A stretch of DNA of 64,000 nucleotides from the human T2T-CHM13v2.0 reference genome, Homo sapiens: assembly GCF_009914755.1 (NCBI RefSeq), contig NC_060935.1; one strand, 5' to 3'. Position numbers and translations under genes: made by a program. Below are positions 39,616 to 52,638 of this stretch, one piece after another (position 1 is the first letter of the stretch; every line of letters starts with the position of its first letter). The notes beneath the pieces were generated by a model, which saw only the letters and a list, made by a program, of their open reading frames with translations, was not told the DNA's origin and did not search any database.

Positions 39616-42108
39616 TGTATTAGGCCATTCTTGCACTGCTATAAATACCTGAGACTGGGTAATTTATATATATAAAAAGATTTAATTGGCTCATAGTTCT
39701 CCAGGCTGTACAGGAAGCATAGCAGCATCTGCTTCTGGAGAGGCCTCAGGAAGCATCTAGTCATGGTGGAAAGCAAAGGGGAAGCAGGCACATCACATGG
39801 CAAGAACAGGAGCAAGAGAGTCAGGGGGAGATGCTGCACGCTTTCAAATGAACAGATCTCATGTGAACTCAGAATGAGAGCTCACTTATCACAAGGGGAT
39901 GATCCAAGCCATTCATGAGGGATCTGCCCCCATAACGAAAACACCTCCCACCAGGCCCCACCACCAACATTGAGGATAAAATTTCAACATGAGATTTGGG
40001 CGGGATAAATATCCAAACTATATCATTCCACCCTTGTGCACCTGCAAATTTCATGTCCTTCTCACACTGTAAAATACAATCATGCCTTCCCAATAATCCC
40101 CCAAAGTCTTAACTCATTCCAGTGTTAACTCAAAAGTCCAAAGTCTCATCTGAGACAAGGCAAGTCTCTTCCACTTAGGAGCTTGTAAAATCAAAAACAA
40201 GTTATTTACTTCCAAGATACAGTGGGGGTATAGGCATTGAATAAACATTCCCATTTCAAAAGAGAGACATCAGCCAAAAGAAAGGGACTATAGGCCCCAT
40301 GCAAATTCAAAACGCAGCAGGGCAGACATTAAACCTTAAAGCTACAGAATAATCTCTTTTGACACCATGTCCCACATACAAGGCACACTGGTGCAAGGGA
40401 TGGACTCCCAAGATCTTAGGTGGCTCCACCCCTGTGGCTTTGCAGAGTTCAGCCACTGCAGCTGTCCTCATGGGCTGGCATTGAGTGCCTGCAGCTTTTC
40501 CAGGCACAAGGTGTAGGCTGCAGGTGGATCTATCATTCTTGGGTCTGGAGGACAGTGGCCCCCTTCCCACAGCTCCACTAGGCAGTGCCCTGGTGGGGAC
40601 TCTTTGTAGGGTTTCTAACCCCACATTTCCCCTCTACACTCCCCTAGTACAGATTCTCTGTGAGGGCTCTGCCCCTGCATAAGCTTTCTGCCTGGGCAAC
40701 CCAGCTTTCTCATGTAGCCTCTGAAATCTAGGCAGAGGCTCCCAAGTATCTTTAACTCTGGCACTCTGTGCACTCACAGGCTTAACACTGCATGAAAGTA
40801 GACAAGGCTTGTGGCTTGCATTCTTCAAAGTGGCAGCTTGAGCTGTACCTGAGCCACTTTGAGCCCTGGCTGGAGCCAGTGTGGCTGGGATGTGGGAAGC
40901 AGTGTCTGGAGGATGTACAGGGTAGTGGAGCTCTGGGCCTGGCCCATGAAACCATTCTTCCTTGCTAGGCCTCTGGGCCTGTGATGGGAGAGGCTGCTTC
41001 AAAGGTCTCTGAAATGACTTCGAGGCCTTTTCTCCATGGTCTTGGATATTGGCTCACTTTTAGTTTTGCAAATTCTCTAGCAAGTGGTTGCTCCACAGCC
41101 TGTTGGAATTCTTCTCCTCCCCCAACAAAAAAAGCTATTTTTGTGTGTCCCTGCCACATGGCCAGGCTGCAAATTTTCCAAACTTTTTAATCTGCTTCCC
41201 TTTTAAATAGAAGTGCCAACTTAAGTTATTTCTTTCCTCCTGCATCTGAGAGTGTAGGTTGTTAGAAGCAGCCAGGCTACCTCATGAATGCTTTGCTGCT
41301 TAAAAATTTATTCTGCCAGATACCCTAAATCATCACTACGAAGTTCAAATTTCCACAGATCCCTAGGGCAGAAGCACAACACAGCTAAATTCTTTGCTAA
41401 GGCATGACATGCATGACCTTTGCTGCAGTTTCCAATAAGTCTCTCATTTTCATCTGAGACCTTGGCAGCCTGGCCTTCACTGTCACTATCAGCATTTTGC
41501 TCACAACCACTTAACCAGTCTCTAAGAAATTTCAAACATTCCCTCATCTTCCTTCCTTTTGAGCCTTCCAAGCTCATCTAAACTCTGCCTGTTACCCACT
41601 TCCAAAGATGCTTCCACATTTTCTGGTTTCTTTGTAGTAATGCCCCACTCCTCAGCACTAATTTTCTATATTAGGTTGTTCTTTCACTGCTATAAAGAAA
41701 TATCTGAGACTAGGTAATTCATTAGAAAAGAGATTTAATTATTGGCTCATTGTTCTATAAGCTGAACAGGAAGCATAGCAGTATCTGCTTCTGGGGAGGC
41801 CTCAGGAAGCTTCCAATTATGGTGGAAGACAAAGGAGGATCAGGCACATCACATGGCAAGAATAGTAGGAAGAAAGAGAGAGAGTGGGTGTGTGTGCGGG
41901 GAGTCAGAGGGGTGCCACACACTTTTAAATGAACAGATCTCATGTAAACCCAGAGGAAGAGCTCACTTATCACCAAGGGGATGGCCCAAGCCATTCATGA
42001 GGTATCTACCCCCATAATCCAAACACCTCCCACCAGACCCCACCTCCAACATTGGTGATTGCATTTCAACATGACATTTGGATGGGGACAAATATCCAAA
42101 CTATATCA
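39616..42108 (-). mobile_element. Full-length MSTA MaLR provirus: 3' LTR 39616-40025, internal 40026-41666, 5' LTR 41667-42108
   Basis: Two homologous ~410-440-bp LTRs ending 'atatccaaactatatca' flank a MaLR internal region ('gtggatctatcattcttgggtctggagga'); the internal ORF is broken. Confidence 0.93.
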
Positions 42109-42168
42109 TCTCCCATGTAGGATGTTACTTTGAAGGGATAAAGGACTCTAGTAATTGCCAATATTGAA

Positions 42169-42261
42169 TTTTTTCACCACTTCAAAGTGGTGAAAAAACC
42201 AGACTTGAACTTTTTCAAGTCTGTTTCAGACTGAATCCATCAGGTCTGGAATCAGACTTGA
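42169..42261. other. Cluster of serial inverted repeats
   Basis: 14-bp perfect IR 42169-82 / 42185-98; 10-bp perfect IR 42200-09 / 42214-23; ~20-bp imperfect IR 42215-42261. Confidence 0.9.
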
Positions 42262-42666
42262 TGTGACTTAAAGAAAACAAAACACTGCCCTAGGCACTAA
42301 TCAAAGAAAAATGTGACATGTTTTCTCACTTTGAACATAAAATCGTTATTTTTCTTTGATCTTCTACAGCATTGAAAATCAAATAATCTAAAAGAAAAAA
42401 AACAAACAAAAAAATAATTAACTGAGGAGAAAAGACAACTACTATCAGAGAACAGGTCATAACAAGATACTTCTTTTCCCCAAAGCCATTGCTAGCTAGT
42501 ATATATATATTCCCTTTCCCTGTAGTTTGTTCCAAATTTCAAGTGTGATGATAGTTTATTTGCACAAACGAGACAGACAAAAGTTATTCTAACTAGAATG
42601 CATGCTCTCTGAGAGCAAGACTAATACCTCTGATTCTTTTAGAGAGCCTAGGTCATGTATTTTGGG

Positions 42667-43605
42667 TGTGGGAGGCCAGATTGTGCCACCCCCAAATATG
42701 AAGTATTACTGAGCTAAAGACAATTAAGGGAAGCAAATGCAGGAAAGCTCTCTACTCTTCCTCTCTTTGTCTTAAAGCAGGACATAGATTTATAAGGACA
42801 AAAGGCATCCCACCCCTCTTTCTCCAAGTAGAACAAAGGTTAACCACTAAAGACAACTTTTGACCCTGATTGTCTAGAGATGGTACTGGAAGAATTTTCA
42901 TGCATAAGTTTCACTAACCAGCCTTTATCTGCCATTGTTTTGCCTTCTCACAACTTGCTGCTCCTGGGAGACTCAAAGTTCTTTTCCTTTGTCTTGTCAC
43001 TTCTCTAAAATGTACTGTTCTTTGTTGAAGATGTTGTTGGGACAACTAAGTTTCTCCTCAAAGACTCAACCTCCTGGTCATAAGTTGCAAAAGTTGTAAA
43101 TCAACCCTACCCACTTTCTTCCCCACCTTCTTCTTTTCACAAATCACATGTTTACCTTATTTGGAAAAGTTTAAGTCTCAGCCAATCAGGATCAGCTTAG
43201 ATTGTGTGGTCCAACCCCAGCCAATAGGCAAAGGACACAGAAACAGGAACTGCACTAGGGTTAAAAGCTCCTTCCTCCTTTGTTCAGTGTGCTCTTGTGA
43301 TTGCATCAGGTGCAAGTAGTACCCTTCTGCAGAAGTAAAGTTGCCTTGCTGAGAAATTTTCTGTCTGAATGCGGGTTTCTTTTGGCTACACTGAGCACTT
43401 GTTTCCAACAATGCTATATAAGCTGGAATTCGATTCCACCTCTTTGAGAACTACTGATTTTCTAGGTTTCTCCTGTGAGATATGAAATATACATATTAAT
43501 AAACATCTGTTTGTTTTCTCTTGTTAATTGTCTTTCATTATAGGGATCCATTGGAACAAAGAACCTGTGATGGTTGAAGAAAAAAATTATTTTTCTTTTC
43601 TTACG
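42667..43605 (+). mobile_element. MER34-family ERV1 solo LTR split by a nested LTR
   Basis: TGTGGGAGGCCAGATTGTGCCACCCCCAAATATG...; 4-bp TSD tggg (42663-66, 43606-09). Confidence 0.85.
43035..43410 (+). mobile_element. Nested ERV1 solo LTR (LTR10/HERVIP10-related; exact subfamily uncertain)
   Basis: TGTTGG...CCAACA termini; near-TSD atgt / atgc; two CCAAT boxes; 'agtaaagttgccttgctgagaaa' resembles the LTR10 R region. Confidence 0.78.
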
Positions 43606-45579
43606 TGGGCATGTAGAAAAGAAAGCAAAAAGTATAGATTACTTGATAAAGTATATCATCCAGCCTTTAATAAGAGAAGGCAATGTAATGTAGAGATAAA
43701 GCACACTGACTATGAGTCAGATACCTTGGTTTCAAATCCAGGCTCAGTTACTTGCTAGAAATATGATCTTGGCTGAACCCTCTCTAAGCTCAACTTTTAA
43801 TTAATTTAATCAATATCTTTGCTTTGAGGAATTCCTGAGCTAATTTGGGTGAGATATTGTTATGAGAGTCCAGAAAATCTCTCAAGGAAGAAGTTACGGA
43901 GAAGTGGGTCCTGACCACAGCCTTGAAAGATGGTGACTATGTAGACAGTGGGAAAGGAACGTAAGAAACTTTTCGCAGAGAATGCTTTTGACTTCCTGAT
44001 TCCAGAGGAGTTAGGAGAGCTTCTAAAGACACTTTAGTTTTCAACTGCCCTCCTGATTCATGAGAGTAATGCCAAGTAGTAGTTATATTCCCACACTCTG
44101 GATTCAATGCCTGGGATCAAATCATAGAATCATAGATCTACCTAGTTTGTTTCCTATGTTAAAGAGAAAAGGATGAAACATCAGATTTTTTAATCTAAAA
44201 AGTGAGAGAGTACCAACTTCCCAGGGTAGTTGAGAGGATTAAGTGAAATAACCAATGTAAATGTCTAATATATTGCAACTGCAGTGAATATTAATTTTTA
44301 ACTCATTCCTATTAACATTATCATGTTCCCTAATGTTTCCTTCTCAAGTTCTGAGTCTGTGGAGTACTGCTAACTTGCTTGATCTGCCTTCCTCACCCAC
44401 CTTTTGCCCTAGGTAGAAGAACACATCCCTGATTAAACGTTACATCCTGCGAAGACAGACTGTGAAGGCCAGGCCACAATAGCTGGGGAGACAATGCATT
44501 TTTTGTTCAGAGCAGCCACCAACAGTGATGACAAGAGCCATCAATGGGCCAAGGTCAAAGATCAGCAGTCCCTCTGTCACTTCATTCTTCTTCTGGCTCC
44601 CAATAGAGTCCATAGGAACTCAATCTCAGTTCTGAAATCTAATCAAAGCTCATCCACTCAGACCCAAGCCAAGGACACCAAAGAACAAATTCATAAGGCA
44701 AACAAAGTCTTCACTCAGCCTTCTGCATTTAGTGATTGTGGAAATGTGGTGCAACTGCCAGCTAGATGAGAGACTTTGGAGGAAATGGGTGATTTAAGCC
44801 TTGGGAGTGAGGATTAGCAAGAGAGATTGATGAAGATTCTGGACACATTTGGGAAGCACCAGAGTGAGAGCGTGCCATGACTCTCCAGGTGGGCATCTGA
44901 GGAAGCTTAAAATGATGAGCCAAATTAAAAATAGGAAATGAGAGCACAGAGGCTGTTTTTGACAAAGTTCCTTACTTCTCTCTGCCTCATGGAAAACAGG
45001 AACATCAGCCCTTCCTAGACCCGCCCCCCCCCAGGCATGTGTGCGACATTTGTCCTGGATGCAGCTAAAATCCATCCTTTATGATACAGTTTATTCCTTG
45101 ATGCCATTGTCTGCTAGGAGATTTCCCGGATTCTGAAAGTGTGCAAGCAATACTTTTCAATTACTGCACATACACCCTGACACACCATGTGGCCTTCACC
45201 AATTTGCTGCACAATCTATCTTAACAGTAACCACAAAGCATGCTTCTTGATAGTATGGACAAAATCATTTCTCTCTTTTGTTGCTTAGGAATTCTGTTGT
45301 AGGCTCAACTTGCTAAACTAGTTGTGCAGATCAACACATGAGAGACAGGAGCCTCTCCACTAAATGAGGGTGGGAATGAAAGTGAGTAATGTCTTTGGGG
45401 CCCTTGGAATAGGCCTTTGCTGGTGGAAACCCTGCTCAACAAAGAGAAGAAAGTATCCAGCACAGGGCTAGGCTTGCATCAGCAAAGGGAAACCCAGCAA
45501 CCACATCAGTGTAAATGATTCTGCTATTCTACCTGGCACCCACTCTTCTTAATGTGGTAACTTAATTTGTCTTGGAGAA

Positions 45580-45790
45580 TAATTATGTTTTGAGTGCTAA
45601 CTATTGCTAAGCATTATGCTCAACACTTTAAATAAATGACTTCACTTAATCCCTACAATAATCTTACAAAGCTGATACGATCTTGATTTTGCAGGTGAGA
45701 GAATTGACATTTGGGCTTAAGAAATTTTGTTAAAAGCTGGAATTCAAACACAGGTCTGTGTGAGTTCAAAACCCATGCCTTCAACCATAT
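45580..45790 (-). mobile_element. MIR SINE
   Basis: 'cttcacttaatccctacaataatc...attttgcaggtgagagaattga...ggaattcaaacacaggtctg'. Confidence 0.75.
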
Positions 45791-46359
45791 CATCATCAAC
45801 CTTAGTTTCTAGAAATACAAAATCTGCACTCTTTCCTCTGCTGCAGCCTGAGGTAATTTCTTAGCAGCTAAGGCTGTCACAAAGAACCTCTGCAGGACTG
45901 TGGCAGTGGATTTGGTCACTTTTTATAGCTCTTGGGATTCATTATGATATATAATTTTCTTATTAAATTTCTATAAACCTATATTGCTTCAAGATAAAGT
46001 TGTTTTCCCCTGTTCTGACCCATCTTATGTATCATTGCCAGAGGAGTCTCATAAAGTATAGCTCATCTTGTCACTTCTCTGCTCAGAAACCTCCCAAAGC
46101 TCCTGGTTGTCCCTGGGGCCACAGTTACTCTTGGATATGCAAAGCAGGCTGCACCCTGCCTTTCCAGGATGACTTTCTATTCTCTGGTTTTCAACCCTGG
46201 GGATTAAACCAGGCTTTGTGAATTTCTAGTGCAACCAGGATTTTAGACTAGAGCTCTGTTCTAAGCACAGTGTGGGTCACTGCAGAATCTCACTTCAAGA
46301 AGGGTCCTGTGGTTTCATAAAGATTGGAAAGCACTTCTCTAACTCGACCATATTACAAT

Positions 46360-46770
46360 TCATTCGACAATCCCCTGCCTACACCTCTGCTTAAATTCAT
46401 CCTTCACGTAAATTGATCTTCCTTACAACACAGTCTTCTGATATCTCATCCATCCTTCAAGGCCTGGTTGGAACGCTACTGCCTCCATGAAGCCTTCCTC
46501 AGTAACCCAGACAGAAATCCTTTCCCTCTGCTTTATGTACTTCCACAGCTCTTTTCTTAATATTACTCCTGTAGGACTTGCCACACTAAACCTTGTAGCA
46601 TGGATATTTGTGCCCATCTCATCTCATCTGACCCACTTGACTTCAGTGTCGTGTCCTGGGGTTGAGCAGGCAGAGATCATATGTCTTCATTATGTCTGTG
46701 TGTTACCCTAGCATCTAACACTATGTCTTGATCATGCCAGGAATTTAATAAATATGCATTGATATAAACT
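46360..46770 (+). mobile_element. L2 3' fragment
   Basis: 'ctgcctccatgaagccttcc...ccctagcatctaacact...aataaatatgcattga'. Confidence 0.65.
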
Positions 46771-47162
46771 GAATTAATATTGATTATTGGGCATCATTTC
46801 AAAAAATGGCTTTGGTAAGTTGTCTGCTTGGTGAACACCATCTTTTGTTCTTTGAAGCCAAGTGCTATGGGGACAAAAAAAATAAAGCAAAATGTTTCCA
46901 CCCTTATAAGACTTTCTTGTTCATAGTGATAAGGCCGTAACTGTTGCTTTCATTTTCTTCCTTCAGCTCAAGACATCCTTGTCCAGGCATGAAATTGGTG
47001 CCTTGGTGTTTTTGTTTTCATTTTCACAAATATTCTTCAGGATATTTCCTTCTCCAACTAGAAGGTCTGTTGAGGGCCAGGCAGGGCAATCGCTGGGATA
47101 TAGACCGAAATCACTCATGGTTTGAGTTTTGTCTCCCTCCAAGTTTCCAAACACCTTAAGCA

Positions 47163-47807
47163 TGTAGGGGACAAGGGAGAGCTTTCCCCTTGGCCTTCTG
47201 AAGGTTTGCTGAAAAATCAACTCACAAAAAGCAGATTAATTGGAGAAAATACATAAACATTTATTAAATGTGCATACACAGGAGCATTCAGAATGAAGAC
47301 CGACAGATACAGGAGAAAAGTGTCCATTTTTATGCTTAGGTTAACAAAGTATGAACAGCTGTGTAGAAATATGATTAGACAAAAAGGATATGACCTAATG
47401 CTAGTGGACTAAGTGGGGTTACCCAGTGAGGCTGGTCTGTCTAGGTCCTTCTTGGCTTCTTTGTGCAGCTTTCCTTCCTTCTGGGTGTGGGGCAGGCCCT
47501 TCTCAAGAATGGGGAGTCTTATGAACTACAGTCAAACAAGGTAGGTCAGATAATTTATTTTAGGGCAGTTTTTACTTTGAAAGGCAGAGGGAAAATTAGA
47601 GCAATACTTTTAGGTTTTATGAAGGGCTTGTGGGCAAAGAGGTTCTAGTTTCTATGTCCCACCTTGGGGAAAAGGGATTTGTAGTTTCTTTGGCTAAAGC
47701 TAGCCTCAGGGGAGAATGGGACTGAGAGACAAGAGGGAAGGAGAAGGTCAAAAAAACACTTGCTTCTGAGGCCTTCATTTCGGGATATTGTTTTCCGAGC
47801 CCCAACA
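47163..47807 (-). mobile_element. ERV1 solo LTR of the MER39/LTR29 group
   Basis: tgtagggg...gagccccaaca; perfect 4-bp TSD agca (47159-62, 47808-11). Confidence 0.85.
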
Positions 47808-48354
47808 AGCACAAGAACAGTGGCTTCCATTTTTCTTGTATCCTCTCTAGCATCTCTCTGTCTATATGGGCACACAATGTGAGTCCTGAAATAGTACAGC
47901 AGCGACTCCCCACTCTGAATTCCACTGTGCTATGTCTCTTCCCTCTGACTCTCATCACTTTCTACCTTTTAAAGTTATGTGTATGTGCATGTTTCACTTT
48001 TCCCTCTACACTGCAGATTATCTGAAGTAGAATTTATGCATTCACAAAACCTACTACTTAGCAATCAATGTCTGTTGGACAGATGAATAACTAAATAAAT
48101 AGAGGGAAGCACCTAATCTTGGGAATAATAGAGAGAAAAAGTTATTCCAAAAAGGAAAAGGAGGCGGATGATTATCAGTGGCTCCTGATTTCAATACAAA
48201 AACCTAGCATATTCTTGGGGCACATGTATACTTATTTGCAGCAACAATATCAGGGTCTAATGGACAGAACCAAAAGATATATGAGAGAATCTATGGAATA
48301 TTCATTTTGGCTGTCTTTGACTACAAAAGGCTTCTAAGAAAAGCCATTCTGATA

Positions 48355-48610
48355 AATAATAATGATAATAATATCTAATGTTTATTGATCTCTTGCTATG
48401 GGCCAGCCACTATGCTAAGAGCTTATGCATGTTATTTCATTTAATCTTCCCAATAACCCCATAAGATAAATGCTATTGTTACCCTTTTAAAATTATAGCT
48501 TCATAAGAGGTTAAATAAAGTACTCAAGGTCTCAAGACAGGAAGTGGTAGAGCTGGGATGCCAATCCAGTTGATACAATGTCAGAGACTAAACTCGTGAC
48601 CTCTGCTACA
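48355..48610 (-). mobile_element. MIR SINE
   Basis: 'tttcatttaatcttcccaataacccc...gaggttaaataa...gtggtagagctgggat'. Confidence 0.85.
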
Positions 48611-49124
48611 AATTCTCATTTATAAAATTTCCTTGCCAGAAGCTGCTAGAAGCTCCAGTCCTGTTTGCAAGGTTGTCTTTGACAAAAATTAAGAAAAACT
48701 TTGTTGCATAATGTACACTGTTTCTTGTACATCCATCCAAGGGTATCTAATTAAAGAAAAATGATAAGACATTTTGATACATTATAATGCACTGGGCAAC
48801 ATCCCTGGTGAGGATAAAATACCAAATATTTTCTGTACAGTTTGGTTCTCATGTTTACTGGTGGTCAATAAATGTTAATTTAATTGAATACTTCTGATTT
48901 GGCTTGCACAGCCCAAAGTTATTTCTGGGTGGCGGTTTTTGGATGCTATTTGCTCTGGTGGTGACTTAAAGCAGAAGGCCAGAACCATCATAAAAATAGA
49001 GGCTGGAATCTGAGAATATAAGGAAGGGAATAACTTTGAATTTTATGTTATGGAGAATCCCTTGCAAACATTTTAAGACTTTTAATTTAGAGGTCAATAT
49101 ATGCACTTTCTTCGGAAGTCATTT

Positions 49125-49420
49125 TTGTTTAATCAGCAAATACCTTTTTAGTGCTAGGAACTGCTATGCATCCCCCTGAGGAAATAGTGGTGAGCAGGGC
49201 AGCCAGGTTCTCTACCCTCAATGAGCTTTCAGTCTAGAGGGGGAGACAGGTCTTAAACAGGTAGTTACGGTCCTGTGTAATTGAGGCAATAACAGCAGAA
49301 ACATAGGATGTTATAGGAGCACATCGCAGGGGGTAACTTACCCAGGCCTAGAAAGTCAAGAAAAACTTTCTAAAGATCTAGGATCTTAGAGTAAAATGTT
49401 GAAAGAATGGAACATTTTTA
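49125..49420 (-). mobile_element. L2 3' fragment
   Basis: 'ctctaccctcaatgagctttcagtctagagggggagacag'. Confidence 0.7.
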
Positions 49421-49694
49421 AACAAAGATGGTAAATATTATTTCATAAAGCATGTAGCTATTAAAGCTATTTTTATTAAGTTCGAAAGACGGCAGGAGGT
49501 CTTCAAATGTACTCTTGGCCAAATTGCTAGTTATCTAAACAGAACAAGGGCCACAGCTGAGAGGTTGTGTTAAAGAAAAAATTATTCATGATGCTTGTTA
49601 AAGGGCAGTGAGACTGACTTTATTCAGGACCATTGCAATAGGAGTAGGACAACTGAGATGGGGTTTTGCAGTGCAGGAGAGAGGTGACTGTACC

Positions 49695-50332
49695 TGTAGG
49701 GGTGAAAGGAGCTTTTTCCTTTTTCCCTCTGAAGGTTTGGTAATTTGAGTCTATGAAATAAACTGACAGTAAACAGATTAACAGGAGAAAAGGAATACAA
49801 ATGTATTATGTGCACATGTGCATGGGAGCCACACAAAATATGATACTCAAAGAAGGGCCAGATGGTTGAAGCTTAAATAGCAGTTTGAGCTATAGAAAGA
49901 GGCTCCTGGAGGGTAGTGGTGCCAAGCTACAGGAGGGTGAGGGGAGAAACTGCATTGCAAACAAAGGTTGTCTTATTATGCAGATAAAGCCTTCTGAGGG
50001 TTACTACCCTCAGAAGAATAGGTGAAAAGTCTATCTGGCAGTGTATCCTGGTCCTGGAGGCCTTTAGTCTCCTCTCCTGCATAGGAATTAATCTTCTCTG
50101 GTTAATGTAGTTTCCAGGGAAAGAGTTTACAAAAATTGCATGCCCTTCTGGACGGAATTCTCTTAATCAGATGAGGAAAAACTCAGAGAAAACCCCTTCT
50201 TGCACTTCAGGAGAGAAACAGGACTGAGGGGAGAGGGAGATCAGAGAGACTTTGTTTCTGATGCTGCTTCTTTAGATCAAAGTCCCCAGCATGTCAAAGC
50301 ACCATACTCTGGGGTATTTTTTTCTGAGCCCA
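49695..50332 (-). mobile_element. Nested ERV1 LTR (LTR48/MER39 group)
   Basis: 'tgtaggggtgaaagg...ccctctgaagg...cagattaacaggagaaaagg'...'ggggtattttttctgagccca'. Confidence 0.75.
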
Positions 50333-50580
50333 GTAGCCTCAACTCTGAGTACAACAAGGAAAAGTGGAAATTTATAGTCAAGAAGCAGAGTTGTGGGGGG
50401 TAGAGAGGCTCAGTGTGAAAACTGGTAAGAGGAAACATTAGGGATAAGAGGGCGATAGCAGCTAAAGCAACCTAATGGGGTTCTTGCTGAAGGCAGGCCA
50501 GGGTGACATCACCTGAGGGATGGTGGAGCATGAAGAACCTGATTAGATATTAAAGGTGATCAAAGATGGAGGATAGCTGA

Positions 50581-50895
<315 letters not shown>

Positions 50896-51136
50896 AGCAG
50901 TGTTCTTGCTAGAGCTAGACAATGCCAAGATGAACACAGAAGTCCAAAAGTAGAGGACTAGTTGAAAAAAAGAGTTCAGAAGAGCCTGAGTAGAGTTTGG
51001 TCAAGGAGAAACCTATGTCATTTAACAGGCACAGCTCTGCTCCCACTGGAGGAGGGATTCTTCTGGAAGCCTTCCTTTCCTCATCCAAACTGCTTCCATT
51101 TCCTTAGCCCAGAAATGCTGAATGCTGGAAGAGGGC

Positions 51137-51465
51137 TGCCATGGTTTGAATGTTTGTCTCCTTCAAAACTCATGTTGACATTTTAATTGTTATCATAACA
51201 GTACTGGGGGCTGAGGGCCATGAGGGCTCCACCTCCATGGTGGGATTGGTACTGTTAGGAAGGGTGCCTTTAGCCTCCTCTTGCTCCGTCTCTCACCCTC
51301 TCGCCTTCTGCCATGTGATGATGCGGCCAGAAGACACTTGTTAGGTGCCATCACCTTGATACTCAACTTTTCAGCTTCCAGAACTGTGAGCCAATAAATT
51401 TCTGTTCATTATAAATTACCCAGTCTGTGGTATTCTGTGATAGTAGCACAAAACAGACTAAAACA
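51137..51465 (+). mobile_element. MSTD-like MaLR solo LTR
   Basis: tgccatggtttgaatgtttgtc...agactaaaaca; near-TSD agggc / aggtc. Confidence 0.87.
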
Positions 51466-51865
51466 AGGTCTTTATTGTGATTCTAAATCTGGCCTAAATG
51501 ATATCACGTAGTCTGTTAATTTTTTATATAGATGCCCTTTGTGTCACATTTTCTGCTGGCTTATGTGTCTTTTAATCACACCTCACAGCAACAGGAGCTA
51601 CTTGACAGGGTGCCACGGTACCAACTTTTTCATCCTTGGATGCAATTTCAGAACGGTATTCCATCAAAAGGAGCAGCAGGATTCTATTAGAACATCTCTT
51701 ATCTAATACAGAAACACAGTTCTGTCACCACCAAATTTTCCAGTTCACAAATGCTAAGAGTTTCAATACTATTACAACCACATAGTTCAACGGGATTTAA
51801 AACCTATTTTTAAAACAGTAGACTGGATTCATCTTTAATACATAGACCGAGTTTTCCATGTGTTC

Positions 51866-51885
51866 ATATGCCACCTAGTGGGCTA
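51866..51885 (-). promoter_or_regulatory. Candidate CTCF binding site
   Basis: Minus strand TAGCCCACTAGGTGGCATAT matches the core CCASYAGRKGGCR; lies in non-repeat sequence. Confidence 0.6.
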
Positions 51886-52638
51886 TATTACATACAAAAT
51901 GTAAAACTGATCTTTTGAATTATAATCTAGCATTTTCTTCCTAAAATTTGAGGTCCAAGTGACAAATCTTAGCCAGTAAAATCTCTAAATTTAAAAGGTA
52001 ACGTTACATATTCAGCACAGAGTCAGTTTGAAAGAGACCAAAATTTGGAATTCCTTTTAAACATTTCATCTGCGGCGATTTAAAACAAGAAAATATCTCC
52101 ATCAAAGGGTTTAGGTTTGAGTTACCATTGACAGTAGTGGAAAGACAAACTGGTGAAAAATAAAAGTAGCCTATTTTATCTAAGGGGGTTAAGGTGTGGA
52201 GCAAATAGAAAAACAAGACTTCACAATTCAAAGTAGCTGACAATTTTAAAGATACATGATGTTTCACAACCTCTTGAAGGATTAGGCATTTTTAAGGCAC
52301 CTCTATGTTAGGTTAAAGCTGATGTTCAAAAAGTAGTTATTGACTGTTTACCATGTGCTGAGCACTAAGCTAGGGACCGAGATAAAAGAATGGGCAAAAC
52401 TAAAGAGAACTCTTGCCCTAAAGAAGCAGAGATCTGCTACTTCAGAACACTCTGGATTTTGCCACTGAATTTTACAGTTAGTATTATGACACCGTTTTAC
52501 ACATGTTTTCATTGACGTAATCCTAACAGAATTAATTATGCTGTTACTAAAGGGCAGAGTGAACTCAGTTATGGTGATTACTGACTTTCCAGAGTTCTAG
52601 GACTGTTAGGAGAGCTGTAGCAGCTATGGAAGTAAACT

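Noticed and set aside
40307-41577. Several ~65-120-aa ORFs
   Set aside because: Broken MaLR (MSTA) internal-region ORF
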